Positions 25,783 to 34,853 of a DNA stretch of 64,000 bases are shown in pieces. Source of the DNA: Candidatus Zipacnadia bacterium (GTDB taxonomy: Bacteria > Armatimonadota > Zipacnadia > Zipacnadales > UBA5352). Numbering within the stretch: the first letter of the stretch is position 1; every line of letters begins with the position of its first letter. The translations under genes and the position numbers were made by a program. The stretch covers positions 6,782 through 70,781 of the forward strand of contig JALGUJ010000010.1 of NCBI GenBank assembly GCA_029820945.1. Direction: 5' to 3'. A model generated the notes under the pieces. The model was given only the letters and a program-made list of their open reading frames with translations. It made no database searches and was not told where the DNA came from.

Positions 25783-26529
25783 TCACGGGTAGTAGGCGCC
25801 GGAGTAGCCGTTGGCCTGGAGGTAGCGGATGACGGCCTCCGCGCGGTCGTTGTTGCCCGGGTGGCTCATGAAGAGAATCTCGAAGTCGTTGGGGTCCCGC
25901 CCCTGCAGCTCGCGGAAGGTCTCCAGCACCGCCAGCGACGCGGTTGGGTCGTAGCCCGCCTCGGCGGCCCAGCGGCAGCCCAGCTCGTCGGCCATGTGCT
26001 CGTTCTCGCGCGTGTAGTGCTGGAGGCTCAGCCCCGTGATGATCGCGGCGATGTCCTTGGTGGTGTCGCCGCCCAGCGCCCACTCGATCAAGAGCTGAGC
26101 GCCGATGGCGCGCTCGAGGCGCCTGATGGCGTGCTTTTGGCGCACGTGCGTGATCTCGTGGCCCAGCACCCACGCGACCTGGTGCTCGTCATGGTCGAGG
26201 GTCTCGATAAGCCCCTGGTAGAAGTAGATCGGCCCGCCCGGGAGCGCGAAGGCGTTGTTGACGTCCTCGCGCACGAGGGTGAAGTTGTACGGGTAGTCCG
26301 GCGGGCTGGCCGCGGCGGCCACGCGGTTGCCGATGCCTTGCAGCCACCGGGCCTCGGGGCTGTCGCGGTCCACGTTGTGCTCGGCATCAAACTCCGCGGC
26401 CGCGTCGCGGCCGATCTCGATCTCCTGCTGGGTGCTGATCAGGAAGGTCGTGCCGCCGCAGCCCGCGAGCAGCAGCCCGAGCGCCGCCAGCAGCACCAGC
26501 AGACCCAGCAGTCGCGCCGTTGTCGCCAT
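25783..26529 (-). CDS. M48-family zinc metallopeptidase, lipoprotein
   Basis: Lipobox LLLAGC. HExxH motif GHEITHV, then NEHMADELG. The start MATTARLLG at 26529 has SD GGAGGAG upstream. Confidence 0.85.
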   Translation of the reverse strand: MATTARLLGLLVLLAALGLLLAGCGGTTFLISTQQEIEIGRDAAAEFDAEHNVDRDSPEARWLQGIGNRVAAAASPPDYPYNFTLVREDVNNAFALPGGPIYFYQGLIETLDHDEHQVAWVLGHEITHVRQKHAIRRLERAIGAQLLIEWALGGDTTKDIAAIITGLSLQHYTRENEHMADELGCRWAAEAGYDPTASLAVLETFRELQGRDPNDFEILFMSHPGNNDRAEAVIRYLQANGYSGAYYP

Positions 26530-26549
26530 GATCGCTCTCCTCCACAGTT

Positions 26550-26574
26550 GACAGGTTGGGAGACCTGTCCTCCA
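26550..26574. repeat. REP-like hairpin GACAGGT-N6-ACCTGTC(CTCC); two further CCTGTCC boxes at 26595-26601 and 26638-26644
   Basis: Read directly. Same family as the hairpins at 29945-29967 and 30017-30039. Confidence 0.7.
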
Positions 26575-26677
26575 GGATCCCCTTCTGCGGCCGACCTGTC
26601 CTACGTGTGCCGCCCAAGGCGATTTCGACGGGGGGCGGCCTGTCCCCTGCCGGAGCCGCCCGCCGCCCCGGCACCGC

Positions 26678-27610
26678 TCAATCGCCGAGCAGATGCGCGC
26701 GCACGAACTCGGAGGCGCGCTGCATGGCCGCGTCAATCTCCGCGCGGTCTGCCCCACGCAGCCCGTGGCCGGCGCCCTCGAAGGTGATCAGCGTCAGCGG
26801 CACCCCGACCTGATCCATACGCTCCTGCAGAATCAGCGCCTGGGAGTACGGCACGGTGCGGTCGGCGGTTCCGTGCATGGCGAAGACCGGCGGGTCATCG
26901 GGTGAGAGGTGCGTGACCGGCGAGGCCTCCGCGAAGGCCTCGGGATCCTCCTCCAGCGTCGTCGCCATGAAGGCCAGCAACGCCCGCTCGTTGTGCATCT
27001 CGTCGTCGGCGGTGAGGTCGGTCGGCGGGTTCTTGGCGACCACGCAGCGGAAGAAGTTGGCGGGCCGCTCGCCCTGCGCGTTGGTGTCCTCTGGCCCCGG
27101 CTCCAGGAAGCCCATCATCAGCGCCAGGTGCCCGCCGGCCGAGCCGCCCCACACCGCCATGGTGTCGGGGTCCACGTTGTACTCCGCGGCATGCTCGCGG
27201 ATCCAGCGCACCCCGGCGAGGCAGTCCTCGACCGCCGCCGGGTAGCTCGCGACACCGGAGAGGCGGTAGTTGAGCGAGAAGATGGCGATGCCGTCGGCCA
27301 GCAGCCTCTCGCCCCGCACCGCCCCCAGGGCCCCCGCCTTGTCGCCGCTGCGCCAGCCGCCGCCGTGGATGTAGACCAGAGCCGGGTGCACCTCGTCGTC
27401 GGCGGGCAGGTAGGCATCGAGCAGCAGCGGGGAGCCGTCCACCTCACCATACTGGATGTCGGTCACGACCCACGCGCCGGCCTGGTAGGTCACGCTCAGG
27501 CCCGGCGTGGCCGTCTGCGCCTGCCCGCCCGCGGGCTGGGCGAGGCAGCCGGTCACGGCGATGAGCACGGCGGTCGCGACGACGAGAATCGGTCGAAGCC
27601 AGCGAGCCAT
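26678..27610 (-). CDS. secreted alpha/beta-hydrolase (carboxylesterase, BD-FAE/Abhydrolase_3-like), lipoprotein
   Basis: Signal/lipobox AVTGC. Oxyanion motif HGGGW, nucleophile elbow GGSAGG, and C-terminal HGTAD..V. Confidence 0.8.
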   Translation of the reverse strand: MARWLRPILVVATAVLIAVTGCLAQPAGGQAQTATPGLSVTYQAGAWVVTDIQYGEVDGSPLLLDAYLPADDEVHPALVYIHGGGWRSGDKAGALGAVRGERLLADGIAIFSLNYRLSGVASYPAAVEDCLAGVRWIREHAAEYNVDPDTMAVWGGSAGGHLALMMGFLEPGPEDTNAQGERPANFFRCVVAKNPPTDLTADDEMHNERALLAFMATTLEEDPEAFAEASPVTHLSPDDPPVFAMHGTADRTVPYSQALILQERMDQVGVPLTLITFEGAGHGLRGADRAEIDAAMQRASEFVRAHLLGD

Positions 27611-27789
27611 GTGAGCTCCCTCCGGCACGAACGTGATGATCGCGTCGGGCCAGGGATGTCGGGCGGCAGGATGCCGCCTTCCCCCTGCCGCAAACGCCGG
27701 GGATGATCGATTTGCTCACATCCCACGTGGCGCTGCGAGGTCGCGCGCCCCAGCCGAGCCGCGGAAGGCCTCTCAGCACCAGCGCCGGA

Positions 27790-29871
27790 TCAGCCGGCTT
27801 CTCCGCCGGCCTCCACCACGGCGGGCGTGCGCCGCGCGCCCCACGGCTCCATGAGCGTCAGACCCTTCGCCTCGAGCGCCCGGTAGACATCCGGGAGGTC
27901 GAACTGCTCCAGCGCGCCCGGCACGATGACCGACAGCGGCCAGTCGTACAGCTCGCTCTCGGCGATCTCCGCCCAGGACGTGAGCGGGTGGATCAGGGTG
28001 ACGCGGGTGACCGACTCGTGCAGAAGCGCCGCGAGCGCCCCGGGGATCGCCCCGTAGCCGCGCGCCACCAGGTGCACGTCGTCGTAGCCGAAGCTCGCCA
28101 TCCAGTCGAGCGTCCTGAGGACATCGTGCACGCGCCAGGCGACGTAGCTCTCGCCGAACATCGTGGCGTGGGCCGCGTAGAAGTAGTCGCTGCCGTAGTA
28201 GCCGTCGAAGCTGTCGGGCTTGACGGTGTCCGGCGTGGACTCGCCGATCCCGCGGTAGTCGCAGGCGAAGAACGCCGGGGCCGCTTCAAGCTCGCGCACG
28301 AACTCGTCCTCGCGCATCTCCGCGTCGGAGGACAGGTGCGGCAGGTAGAGGACCGCGCTCCCGTCGAGGCCGGCCGCCGCGGCCGTCAGCGGCTGCGCGA
28401 CACGCCGCTCGTCCTCGAGCTTCGTGACGATGGCCTGTGCGCCGAACTCTGGCTCGGTCTCCAGCACGAACTGCGAGGCCTGCGGGCGGGCGTACCCTCG
28501 TTGGGTCCACGTCCGCAGCACCCGGAAGTCCGGCGGGCCATCGCGCTCGGGCAGGTCCAGCACCGCCTCGACGCGCGCAATCAGCTCATCGCCCGATGGG
28601 TCGCCGCGCCGCGTGGCAAGCTCCCGGCTGCGCTCGGCGGTCAGTTGCCAGACCCACCTCGGCTCCATCTCCGCGATCTGCCCCGACTCGGTGCACCACA
28701 GCTCCTCGTCGGTGAGCTCCTGGAACTGCTCGTCGCTGGCGCGCGGCGCCAGGCCCGCGGCGGCGCAGAAGTGCCGGGCCATCGCGTCGCGCATCGCAGG
28801 CGGGTAGCCGTGGCCGCCGGGCCCGGCGTAGTACGCCAGCCGCTCGGCAGCGCCGAGCAGCCCGTAGATGTGCTCGATCCGCTCGTAGCTCTCCTGCGCG
28901 CCGCGCTGGTCGAAGAAGTCCTCCTCGGCGGTGAGCAGGATCAGCGCGCCGGGGGCGTTGCACAGCAGCAGGTCATGCTGGCCGACGCCGAGGGCGTGCG
29001 CGTTGGGGACCATCTGCTCGGAGTCCGCGGCAAGCTCATTCTCGATGTCGCGCCTCCACGAGGTCACGTAGCACGACGGTCCGGAGATCGTCAGGCGGCG
29101 CTCCAGCGCGGTCAGCAGCGTGCTCATCGTCCCGCCGCCGGAGCAGCCGGTGACGCCGATGCGGGTGGGGTCCACGTCATCGCGCGTGAGGAGGTAGTCA
29201 ACGGCGCGGATGCCGTCCCAGGCGCGCCACGAGCCGAAGAACTCGCCGACCAGGAGCTGCGGGTTGCCCATGTAATTGTGCTGGAGCGTCCCCCAGCGGA
29301 CCTTCTGCCCGTCCTCGTCATCACCGCCGGGGTACTGCAGGCGCTCGCCCTGGCCGATGGGGTCCCAGGCGATCGCGATGAAGCCGTTTCGCGCCAGGAG
29401 CTGCCCGACCGCCTGGTTGTAGTTGGCGCCCTTGCCCTCCTTGGAGTGCCCGGAGGGGATGATCGCGCCGGGCGCGGGGAGGTCGGCCTCATGCGGAACG
29501 TAGACGTTGGCGGTGACGGGGAAGTCGGGGCGGCTGTCGAAGATGATCTTCTCGATCGTGAGGTCATCGAGCTCGATCGTGCCGACCGTGCGGACGTTGA
29601 GGTCGCAGCGCTCGGGCATCTCGCCGAACATGGCAGGCAGCTTGCCGCGCAGCTCCTCGACATAGGCGCGCGCTTCGGCCTCGGTGCCGAGGCCCATGAT
29701 ACGCGCCTCGTTGGCGGCATCGAGGGCGCGGATGCGCGCGACGACATACTCCTGCATCATCCGGGGGAAGCGGTTGAGCGGCTCCATGGTTCGCGTCTCC
29801 TCCTGTGCGTGAACCGTCAGCGTGGCCGTCAGCCACACCAGCAGCATGATCGCGCGAGAGTGTCCGGACAT
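27790..29871 (-). CDS. secreted two-domain alpha/beta-hydrolase, N-terminal acetyl-xylan-esterase (AXE1/CE7-like) domain
   Basis: Signal peptide MSGHSRAIMLLVWLTATLTVHAQ. Nucleophile elbow GCSGGG. The block LLVGEFFGSWRAWDGIRAVDYL is shared with the downstream paralog. Confidence 0.75.
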   Translation of the reverse strand: MSGHSRAIMLLVWLTATLTVHAQEETRTMEPLNRFPRMMQEYVVARIRALDAANEARIMGLGTEAEARAYVEELRGKLPAMFGEMPERCDLNVRTVGTIELDDLTIEKIIFDSRPDFPVTANVYVPHEADLPAPGAIIPSGHSKEGKGANYNQAVGQLLARNGFIAIAWDPIGQGERLQYPGGDDEDGQKVRWGTLQHNYMGNPQLLVGEFFGSWRAWDGIRAVDYLLTRDDVDPTRIGVTGCSGGGTMSTLLTALERRLTISGPSCYVTSWRRDIENELAADSEQMVPNAHALGVGQHDLLLCNAPGALILLTAEEDFFDQRGAQESYERIEHIYGLLGAAERLAYYAGPGGHGYPPAMRDAMARHFCAAAGLAPRASDEQFQELTDEELWCTESGQIAEMEPRWVWQLTAERSRELATRRGDPSGDELIARVEAVLDLPERDGPPDFRVLRTWTQRGYARPQASQFVLETEPEFGAQAIVTKLEDERRVAQPLTAAAAGLDGSAVLYLPHLSSDAEMREDEFVRELEAAPAFFACDYRGIGESTPDTVKPDSFDGYYGSDYFYAAHATMFGESYVAWRVHDVLRTLDWMASFGYDDVHLVARGYGAIPGALAALLHESVTRVTLIHPLTSWAEIAESELYDWPLSVIVPGALEQFDLPDVYRALEAKGLTLMEPWGARRTPAVVEAGGEAG

Positions 29872-29944
29872 CGCTGCGACTCCGTTTGCCGTTGTCGTCG
29901 TCTTGGAGGGGCTGACTTACGCGTCTGCTTGGTCGTTGCCCTCT

Positions 29945-29967
29945 GTAGGACAGGCCTCCAGCCTGTC
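29945..29967. repeat. REP-like hairpin GTAGGACAGGC-CTCCA-GCCTGTC
   Basis: Read directly. It forms an inverted pair with 30017-30039. Confidence 0.8.
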
Positions 29968-30016
29968 TGGCGTTCGTCGGTCGTGCGCGCCGCGTAATGG
30001 CATCCTCAACGGCATT

Positions 30017-30039
30017 GACAGGCCGGAAGCCTGTCCTAC
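30017..30039. repeat. REP-like hairpin GACAGGC-CGGAA-GCCTGTCCTAC (inverted copy)
   Basis: Its reverse complement, GTAGGACAGGCTTCCGGCCTGTC, matches 29945-29967 at 21 of 23 positions. The flanking GTTGCC motif is also shared. Confidence 0.8.
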
Positions 30040-30079
30040 GGTTAACGGCAACCCGCCGTCGGCGGCTGTGGGAGGATGT

Positions 30080-32242
30080 CTATCCCAGCAGCCCTTCATC
30101 CAGCCCGACAGCCGCCATCTTCGCCCCGGCGGTGCTCCTGCGCATGCTCTTGAACTCGGCGCTCCGCGGCTGCACCAGCGCCAGGTCCTTCTCCGCCAGC
30201 GCCCGGTAGACGTCGGGCAGGTCGAAGTGCTCCAGCACGTCGGGGAGCATCGCCGACAGCGGCCAGGTCTGCATCTCGGTCTCCGCCATCTCGCGATACG
30301 AGATCGGGGCGTGGCGGAGCGTCACGCGCACGACACGGTCGTCCAGCAGCGCCGCGAAGGCCGCCGGGATCGAGCCCCAGCCGCGCCCGACCATATGCAC
30401 CTGGTCGTAGCCGTACGCGCCCATGAAGTCGAGGGTGCGCAGGATGTCGTGCACCCGCCAGCCCAGGTAGGGCTCGCCCAGCATCAGCCCGTACGAGGCG
30501 TAGAAATAGTCGTTCCCGTAGATGTGGTGGAATGAGTCGAGGCTGCACGTATTGGGCCGCAGCTCGCCGATGCCGCGGTAGTCGCAGGCGAAGAACGCCT
30601 CGCTCCTGTGGCCCAGCTCCTTGCACAGCGCGTCCTCGCGCATGTCCTCATCCGAGGACTGGTGGGGGATCCACAGCGTGGCCGGGCCATCGCCGGGGAG
30701 CGGACGCGACGCGCGCGGGCTCTCCTCGAGCTTATAGACCAGCGCCTGCGCGCCGCAGTCGGGATCGGTCTCCAGCAGGTAGAGCGCGGCGGCCGACTTC
30801 GACCACTCCCGGCCCGACAGCGGGCGCAGGATCCGGTAGTGCGGCGGCTCATCCGGGCGCCTCCGCAGGTTCAGCAGCTTGGTCACGGCCTTCGTGAGGT
30901 CATCGCCCGAGACCTCGCCGCGCCTCTCGGCCAGCTCCTCGGACCTCGCGCGCGTGAAGTCGAAGACCGTCGCGGGGTCAAGCTCATCGACCTGCCCCGA
31001 CTCGGTGCACCACAGCGTCTTCTCGTCGTCGATGGTCAGGTCCGGCTCGCCGGACGTATCGAGGCCGGTGTACCTGCCAAAGAACGCGTACATCGCCTCG
31101 CGGTTCTCCTGATGGTAGCCGTGCGGGCGCGGGCCGATGAAGAGCTGCAGGTCATCCTCGGCGCCGAAGAGCCCCCAGAAGTGCTTGAGGCGTTCGTATG
31201 TGTCCTCCAGGCCACGCGCGTCGAAGTAGTCGTGCTCCTGCCCCAGCAGGATCAGCGGCTTGGGGGCATGGAGCATCAGCAGGTCGCCCATCTCCATGCC
31301 GAACTCCAGCGCATGCGGAGGCTGCTGCTCGGAGTCGGCGGGAAGCTCGTTCTCGACGTTGCAGCGCCAGGTGGTGATGTAGCAGCTCGGGGCGGCCATC
31401 GCGAAGGGCGTCTCGCCCAGCCACGCGCCGGTGGCGGCGAGCAGCATCGTGGTCATCGTCCCGCCGCCGGAGTTGCCCGTCAGGCCGATCTGGTCCGGAT
31501 CGACCTCCGGGCGGTCCCGCAGATACTCCAGCGCCTGCACGCCGTCCCAGGCGCGCCAGGAGCCGAAGAACTCGCCGACCAGGATCTGCTGGCGGCCCAT
31601 CCAGTTGTGCTCCCGGGTGCAGACGCCGACCACCGAGCCGCCCTCACCATCGGGGTACTGCATGCGCTCGCCCTGGCTGAAGGGGTCGAAGATGAAGACG
31701 ACGTAGCCCTTGCGCGCGAGGCCCTGGGAGAAGGACTGATAGGCCTCGCAGGCCTTGCCGTTCGCGGAATGCCCGCAGACGCCCAGCACCGCCGGCGCGG
31801 GCCCGTCGAGATCATGGGGCAGGTAGAGATTCCCGGTGACCGGCAGGTTGGGGCGGCTCTCGAAGATCACCTTCTCGATCGTGTAGGCATCGCGTTCGAC
31901 GGTGCCGGTGACGCGTGCTCTGAGCGGGGTCTTCGCGGGCTTGCGTCCGAAGGTCTTGCGCAGGCCTCTGCGGACATGCTCCTGGTACTCCAGCGCGGCC
32001 TTCCTGGACCGCATTCCGAGGATGGTCTCGCGGTTCTCTTCGCTGATAGCCCGTACCCTACGGACCATGAACTCCTGCATCGTCCGACCGAAGCGGTTGA
32101 GCGGTTCCACTGTCACCCGACCTCCGATGGCGGCGGTCATCAGCGCATCGAGGGTGGGTTCGGCAACAGGTGGTCGGGGACCTTTCAGGCCTTCCGGCGC
32201 GGAGTCCAGGCGCCTCGCCTGGACATGAGGCATCGGGTGCAC
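30080..32242 (-). CDS. two-domain alpha/beta-hydrolase, AXE1-like (tandem paralog of 27790-29871; no obvious signal peptide)
   Basis: Colinear similarity to the neighbour along the whole length (EPLNRF, GNSGGG, LLVGEFFGSWRAWDGVQALEYL, FFACDYRGIGE). The start is uncertain: 32242 or ATG 32140. Confidence 0.75.
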   Translation of the reverse strand: MHPMPHVQARRLDSAPEGLKGPRPPVAEPTLDALMTAAIGGRVTVEPLNRFGRTMQEFMVRRVRAISEENRETILGMRSRKAALEYQEHVRRGLRKTFGRKPAKTPLRARVTGTVERDAYTIEKVIFESRPNLPVTGNLYLPHDLDGPAPAVLGVCGHSANGKACEAYQSFSQGLARKGYVVFIFDPFSQGERMQYPDGEGGSVVGVCTREHNWMGRQQILVGEFFGSWRAWDGVQALEYLRDRPEVDPDQIGLTGNSGGGTMTTMLLAATGAWLGETPFAMAAPSCYITTWRCNVENELPADSEQQPPHALEFGMEMGDLLMLHAPKPLILLGQEHDYFDARGLEDTYERLKHFWGLFGAEDDLQLFIGPRPHGYHQENREAMYAFFGRYTGLDTSGEPDLTIDDEKTLWCTESGQVDELDPATVFDFTRARSEELAERRGEVSGDDLTKAVTKLLNLRRRPDEPPHYRILRPLSGREWSKSAAALYLLETDPDCGAQALVYKLEESPRASRPLPGDGPATLWIPHQSSDEDMREDALCKELGHRSEAFFACDYRGIGELRPNTCSLDSFHHIYGNDYFYASYGLMLGEPYLGWRVHDILRTLDFMGAYGYDQVHMVGRGWGSIPAAFAALLDDRVVRVTLRHAPISYREMAETEMQTWPLSAMLPDVLEHFDLPDVYRALAEKDLALVQPRSAEFKSMRRSTAGAKMAAVGLDEGLLG

Positions 32243-32276
32243 CGAGACCGGGGCCTTCTCAGCGGCGGTGCCGGCC

Positions 32277-33284
32277 TCAGCCCACGACCTGGCGCAACAC
32301 CCGCAGGAAGTTACCGCCCAGGACCCTCAGGACCACCTCGTCGTCGAAGCCGCGCTGCACCAGCGCCTCCGTCAGCGTTGGGAGCAGCTCGACGCGCGCG
32401 GGGATCGGCGTCAGCTCCTCCGACATGCCGTCGAAGTCCGCGCCGATGCCGATGTGATCCGGCCCCACCAGGTTCACGACGTGCTCGATGCTGTCCACGA
32501 GGCGCTCCATGCTCGGCGCCTCGCGGTCGATGAAGAAGGGCACGAAGGCCATGCCCATGACGCCGCCCACCCGGGCGAGCGCGCGGATCTGATCGTCGGT
32601 CAGGCCGCGCCAGTGCGGGCACTGGCTGTAGACCGCGCCGTGCGAGAAGATGACGGGCTCCTCGGACAGCTCGAGGACCTCCCAGAAGGCCGCGTCCGAC
32701 GAGTGGGCCAGGTCCACGACCATGCCCAGGCGGTTGCACTCGCGCACCACCTCGCGGCCGAAGTCGGTGAGGCCCGGGCGCTCCCGCGCGGCCTCGCGCT
32801 CGGCCGGCTCGGCGAAGTCGAAGGGGCTCTTCTCGTGCTGCGTGGTGCCCGGCCCTCCGCTGCCGTGCGTGAGGCCGACGACGCGCACCCCCAGCCGGTA
32901 CATGTTGCGCAGCGCCGCAAGCTCGCCGCCGAGAAAGGTGCAGCCCTCGAGCTGGCCGACGAGGGCGTAGCTGCCCTCGGCCTTGGCGCGCTCGATGTCC
33001 GCCACGCGCGTGGCGAAGACGACCTGCTCGGGATGCTCCTCCGCCAGGCGCAGGGCGCCGTCGATCAGCTCCATCGCCTGCTGCAGGTCGCTGTCGCCGA
33101 CCATGAAGAAGCTGCAGGTCAGCCCGCCCTCGATGGCGCGCGGCACGTCCAGGTGGTAGCGCTCATCGCGCCGGGTCATGTCGAGGCTTTCGCCGCGCGA
33201 CTGGCGCAGTATCAGGCTGTCGTTGTGTCCATCGACGATGATGGCACCGTCATGCAGCTCTCGGGCCCGGTCTGAGGTGGTCAT
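32277..33284 (-). CDS. membrane dipeptidase (peptidase family M19, renal-dipeptidase-like)
   Basis: Motifs IIVDGHND, VDLAHSS and GIGADFDG are typical of M19. Confidence 0.85.
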   Translation of the reverse strand: MTTSDRARELHDGAIIVDGHNDSLILRQSRGESLDMTRRDERYHLDVPRAIEGGLTCSFFMVGDSDLQQAMELIDGALRLAEEHPEQVVFATRVADIERAKAEGSYALVGQLEGCTFLGGELAALRNMYRLGVRVVGLTHGSGGPGTTQHEKSPFDFAEPAEREAARERPGLTDFGREVVRECNRLGMVVDLAHSSDAAFWEVLELSEEPVIFSHGAVYSQCPHWRGLTDDQIRALARVGGVMGMAFVPFFIDREAPSMERLVDSIEHVVNLVGPDHIGIGADFDGMSEELTPIPARVELLPTLTEALVQRGFDDEVVLRVLGGNFLRVLRQVVG

Positions 33285-33424
33285 GAGAACTCCCCTTACA
33301 TGTCAGTGAGTGCCAGTCAGCGCAGAAGCAGCAGAAACAAGCGAGACGGCCGCGAGCATAGCGAGCGGTGTGATGTCCCCAGCGCCGCGAGGGCCATCAC
33401 AGGTTCCACCCCGGCCCAGATCCT

Positions 33425-34702
33425 CTACTCCACCGCCCCCTGTTCCGCCTCCTCGCCGCCGCCACCTGCCGTCAGGCCGTCGGTCCGGCCCATGCCGGTG
33501 ATGAACGCGATCAGGCCGAATGCGATGAAGCCCAGTGCCGCGATGGTCAGGCCGATGCGCAGATCCCCGAGGCGCTCGCCCACCTGGCCGATCAGGTTGA
33601 CGTTGACGATCGTCAGCAGCGAGGTGGTCCACATCAAGGCCCCGTAGATGGCCGAGAAGTGCGCGGGCGATGTCTCGCGGATCTCCGCCAGGAGCGCCGG
33701 GTACTCGACCGAGAAGAACAGCGCCGCCAGCGGGTAGGCGAGCGCGATGGCCAGTGGCCCACCCAGCCAGGTGGCGGCGATCAGCAGCGCGGCGCCGATG
33801 GGCCCGGGCAGCGCCAGGAAGACGCGCTGCCCCACGCCCTCGGGCAGCGCGGCGAGGAGCAGCCGCGAGACGGTGTAGGCTGCGGAGTAGAGCCCGAGCA
33901 TCACCCCGGGGCCGATGGGCAGTGCCTCGAAGCGGCTCTCCAGGAACTTGGGCAGCCAGCCGTAGAGCGCGTTGTCCGCGCCGGCGTGCAGCGTGGCGCA
34001 CAGGATAATCAGCAGCGCGGGGCCGGTCAGGATGCTGCGCAGCTCGAAGCGCGGGCGCTCCTCCCGCGCCTCCTCCGCCTCGCCCACGCCCTCGCCGAAG
34101 TTGAGGAGTATCTGCCCGAGCATCAGGATCAGAGCGCCGAGGGCGAACGGGGCGTGGAGCGCGTCGGCGAATTCGAGGGCGCCGGCATCCACGGCCGCGA
34201 TCAGCCACTGGGCGAAGATCGGGAACAGCACTCCGGGCACCGCGACCGAGACCAGGCTGATCGTGACCATGCGCCTGCGCCACTGCGGGTAGACGCAGAT
34301 AAGGAAGGTGGGCAGGGAGACGGCCTGGGCGGCGCCGAAGAAGCCGATGGTAAGCAGGCCCGCCTGGAAGAGGAAGAGCCTGCCTCCCATGACCATCGCG
34401 CACATCAGAAAGCCGCCGCCCGTGCCGACCAGGGAGAGCTGGAGCGTCCTGCGCGGGCCGAGTCGATCCGTCACCGGGCCCATGAGCAACAGGGAGAACA
34501 GCGAGCCGATGGCGCCGGAGCTGAGCAGGAGGCCCAGGTAGCCCTCCGAGATGCCGAAATACTGCTGGGCGCGATGCGCGAACACGGGGAAGGCCACGAA
34601 GGCGTAGACCGCGACCATGCACAGCGACAGCGCGAGTGCTGCCATCGACGCGCGCACGCGTGGTGAGACCGGTTTGTGGGTCACCTCTGGCCGGTCGCTC
34701 AT
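33425..34702 (-). CDS. MFS transporter
   Basis: About 425 aa, about 12 TM segments, with the loop motif GPVTDRLGPRR (the MFS signature between TM2 and TM3). ATG 34702 was chosen. A second overlapping frame (33303-34796) is Arg/Pro-rich and was rejected. Confidence 0.8.
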   Translation of the reverse strand: MSDRPEVTHKPVSPRVRASMAALALSLCMVAVYAFVAFPVFAHRAQQYFGISEGYLGLLLSSGAIGSLFSLLLMGPVTDRLGPRRTLQLSLVGTGGGFLMCAMVMGGRLFLFQAGLLTIGFFGAAQAVSLPTFLICVYPQWRRRMVTISLVSVAVPGVLFPIFAQWLIAAVDAGALEFADALHAPFALGALILMLGQILLNFGEGVGEAEEAREERPRFELRSILTGPALLIILCATLHAGADNALYGWLPKFLESRFEALPIGPGVMLGLYSAAYTVSRLLLAALPEGVGQRVFLALPGPIGAALLIAATWLGGPLAIALAYPLAALFFSVEYPALLAEIRETSPAHFSAIYGALMWTTSLLTIVNVNLIGQVGERLGDLRIGLTIAALGFIAFGLIAFITGMGRTDGLTAGGGGEEAEQGAVE

Positions 34703-34853
34703 GAGGGGGCGGGCGGCATGGAATGATGATACGGCGGGCCGCTCTTCGACGCCGCGCTGGGAGCCACCTGCGCGGGCAGGTCGCGACGGAGGCCACGTGG
34801 AACCGTGCGCAGCAGCGGGAAGCGCACTCATCGCGGATCAGGAGAGCATCGAC

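Noticed and set aside
33303-34796. 497-aa minus-strand ORF overlapping the MFS transporter gene in another frame.
   Set aside because: Its composition is extreme in Arg/Pro/Gly/Ala, whereas the 33425-34702 frame gives 12 hydrophobic TM segments and the MFS loop motif.
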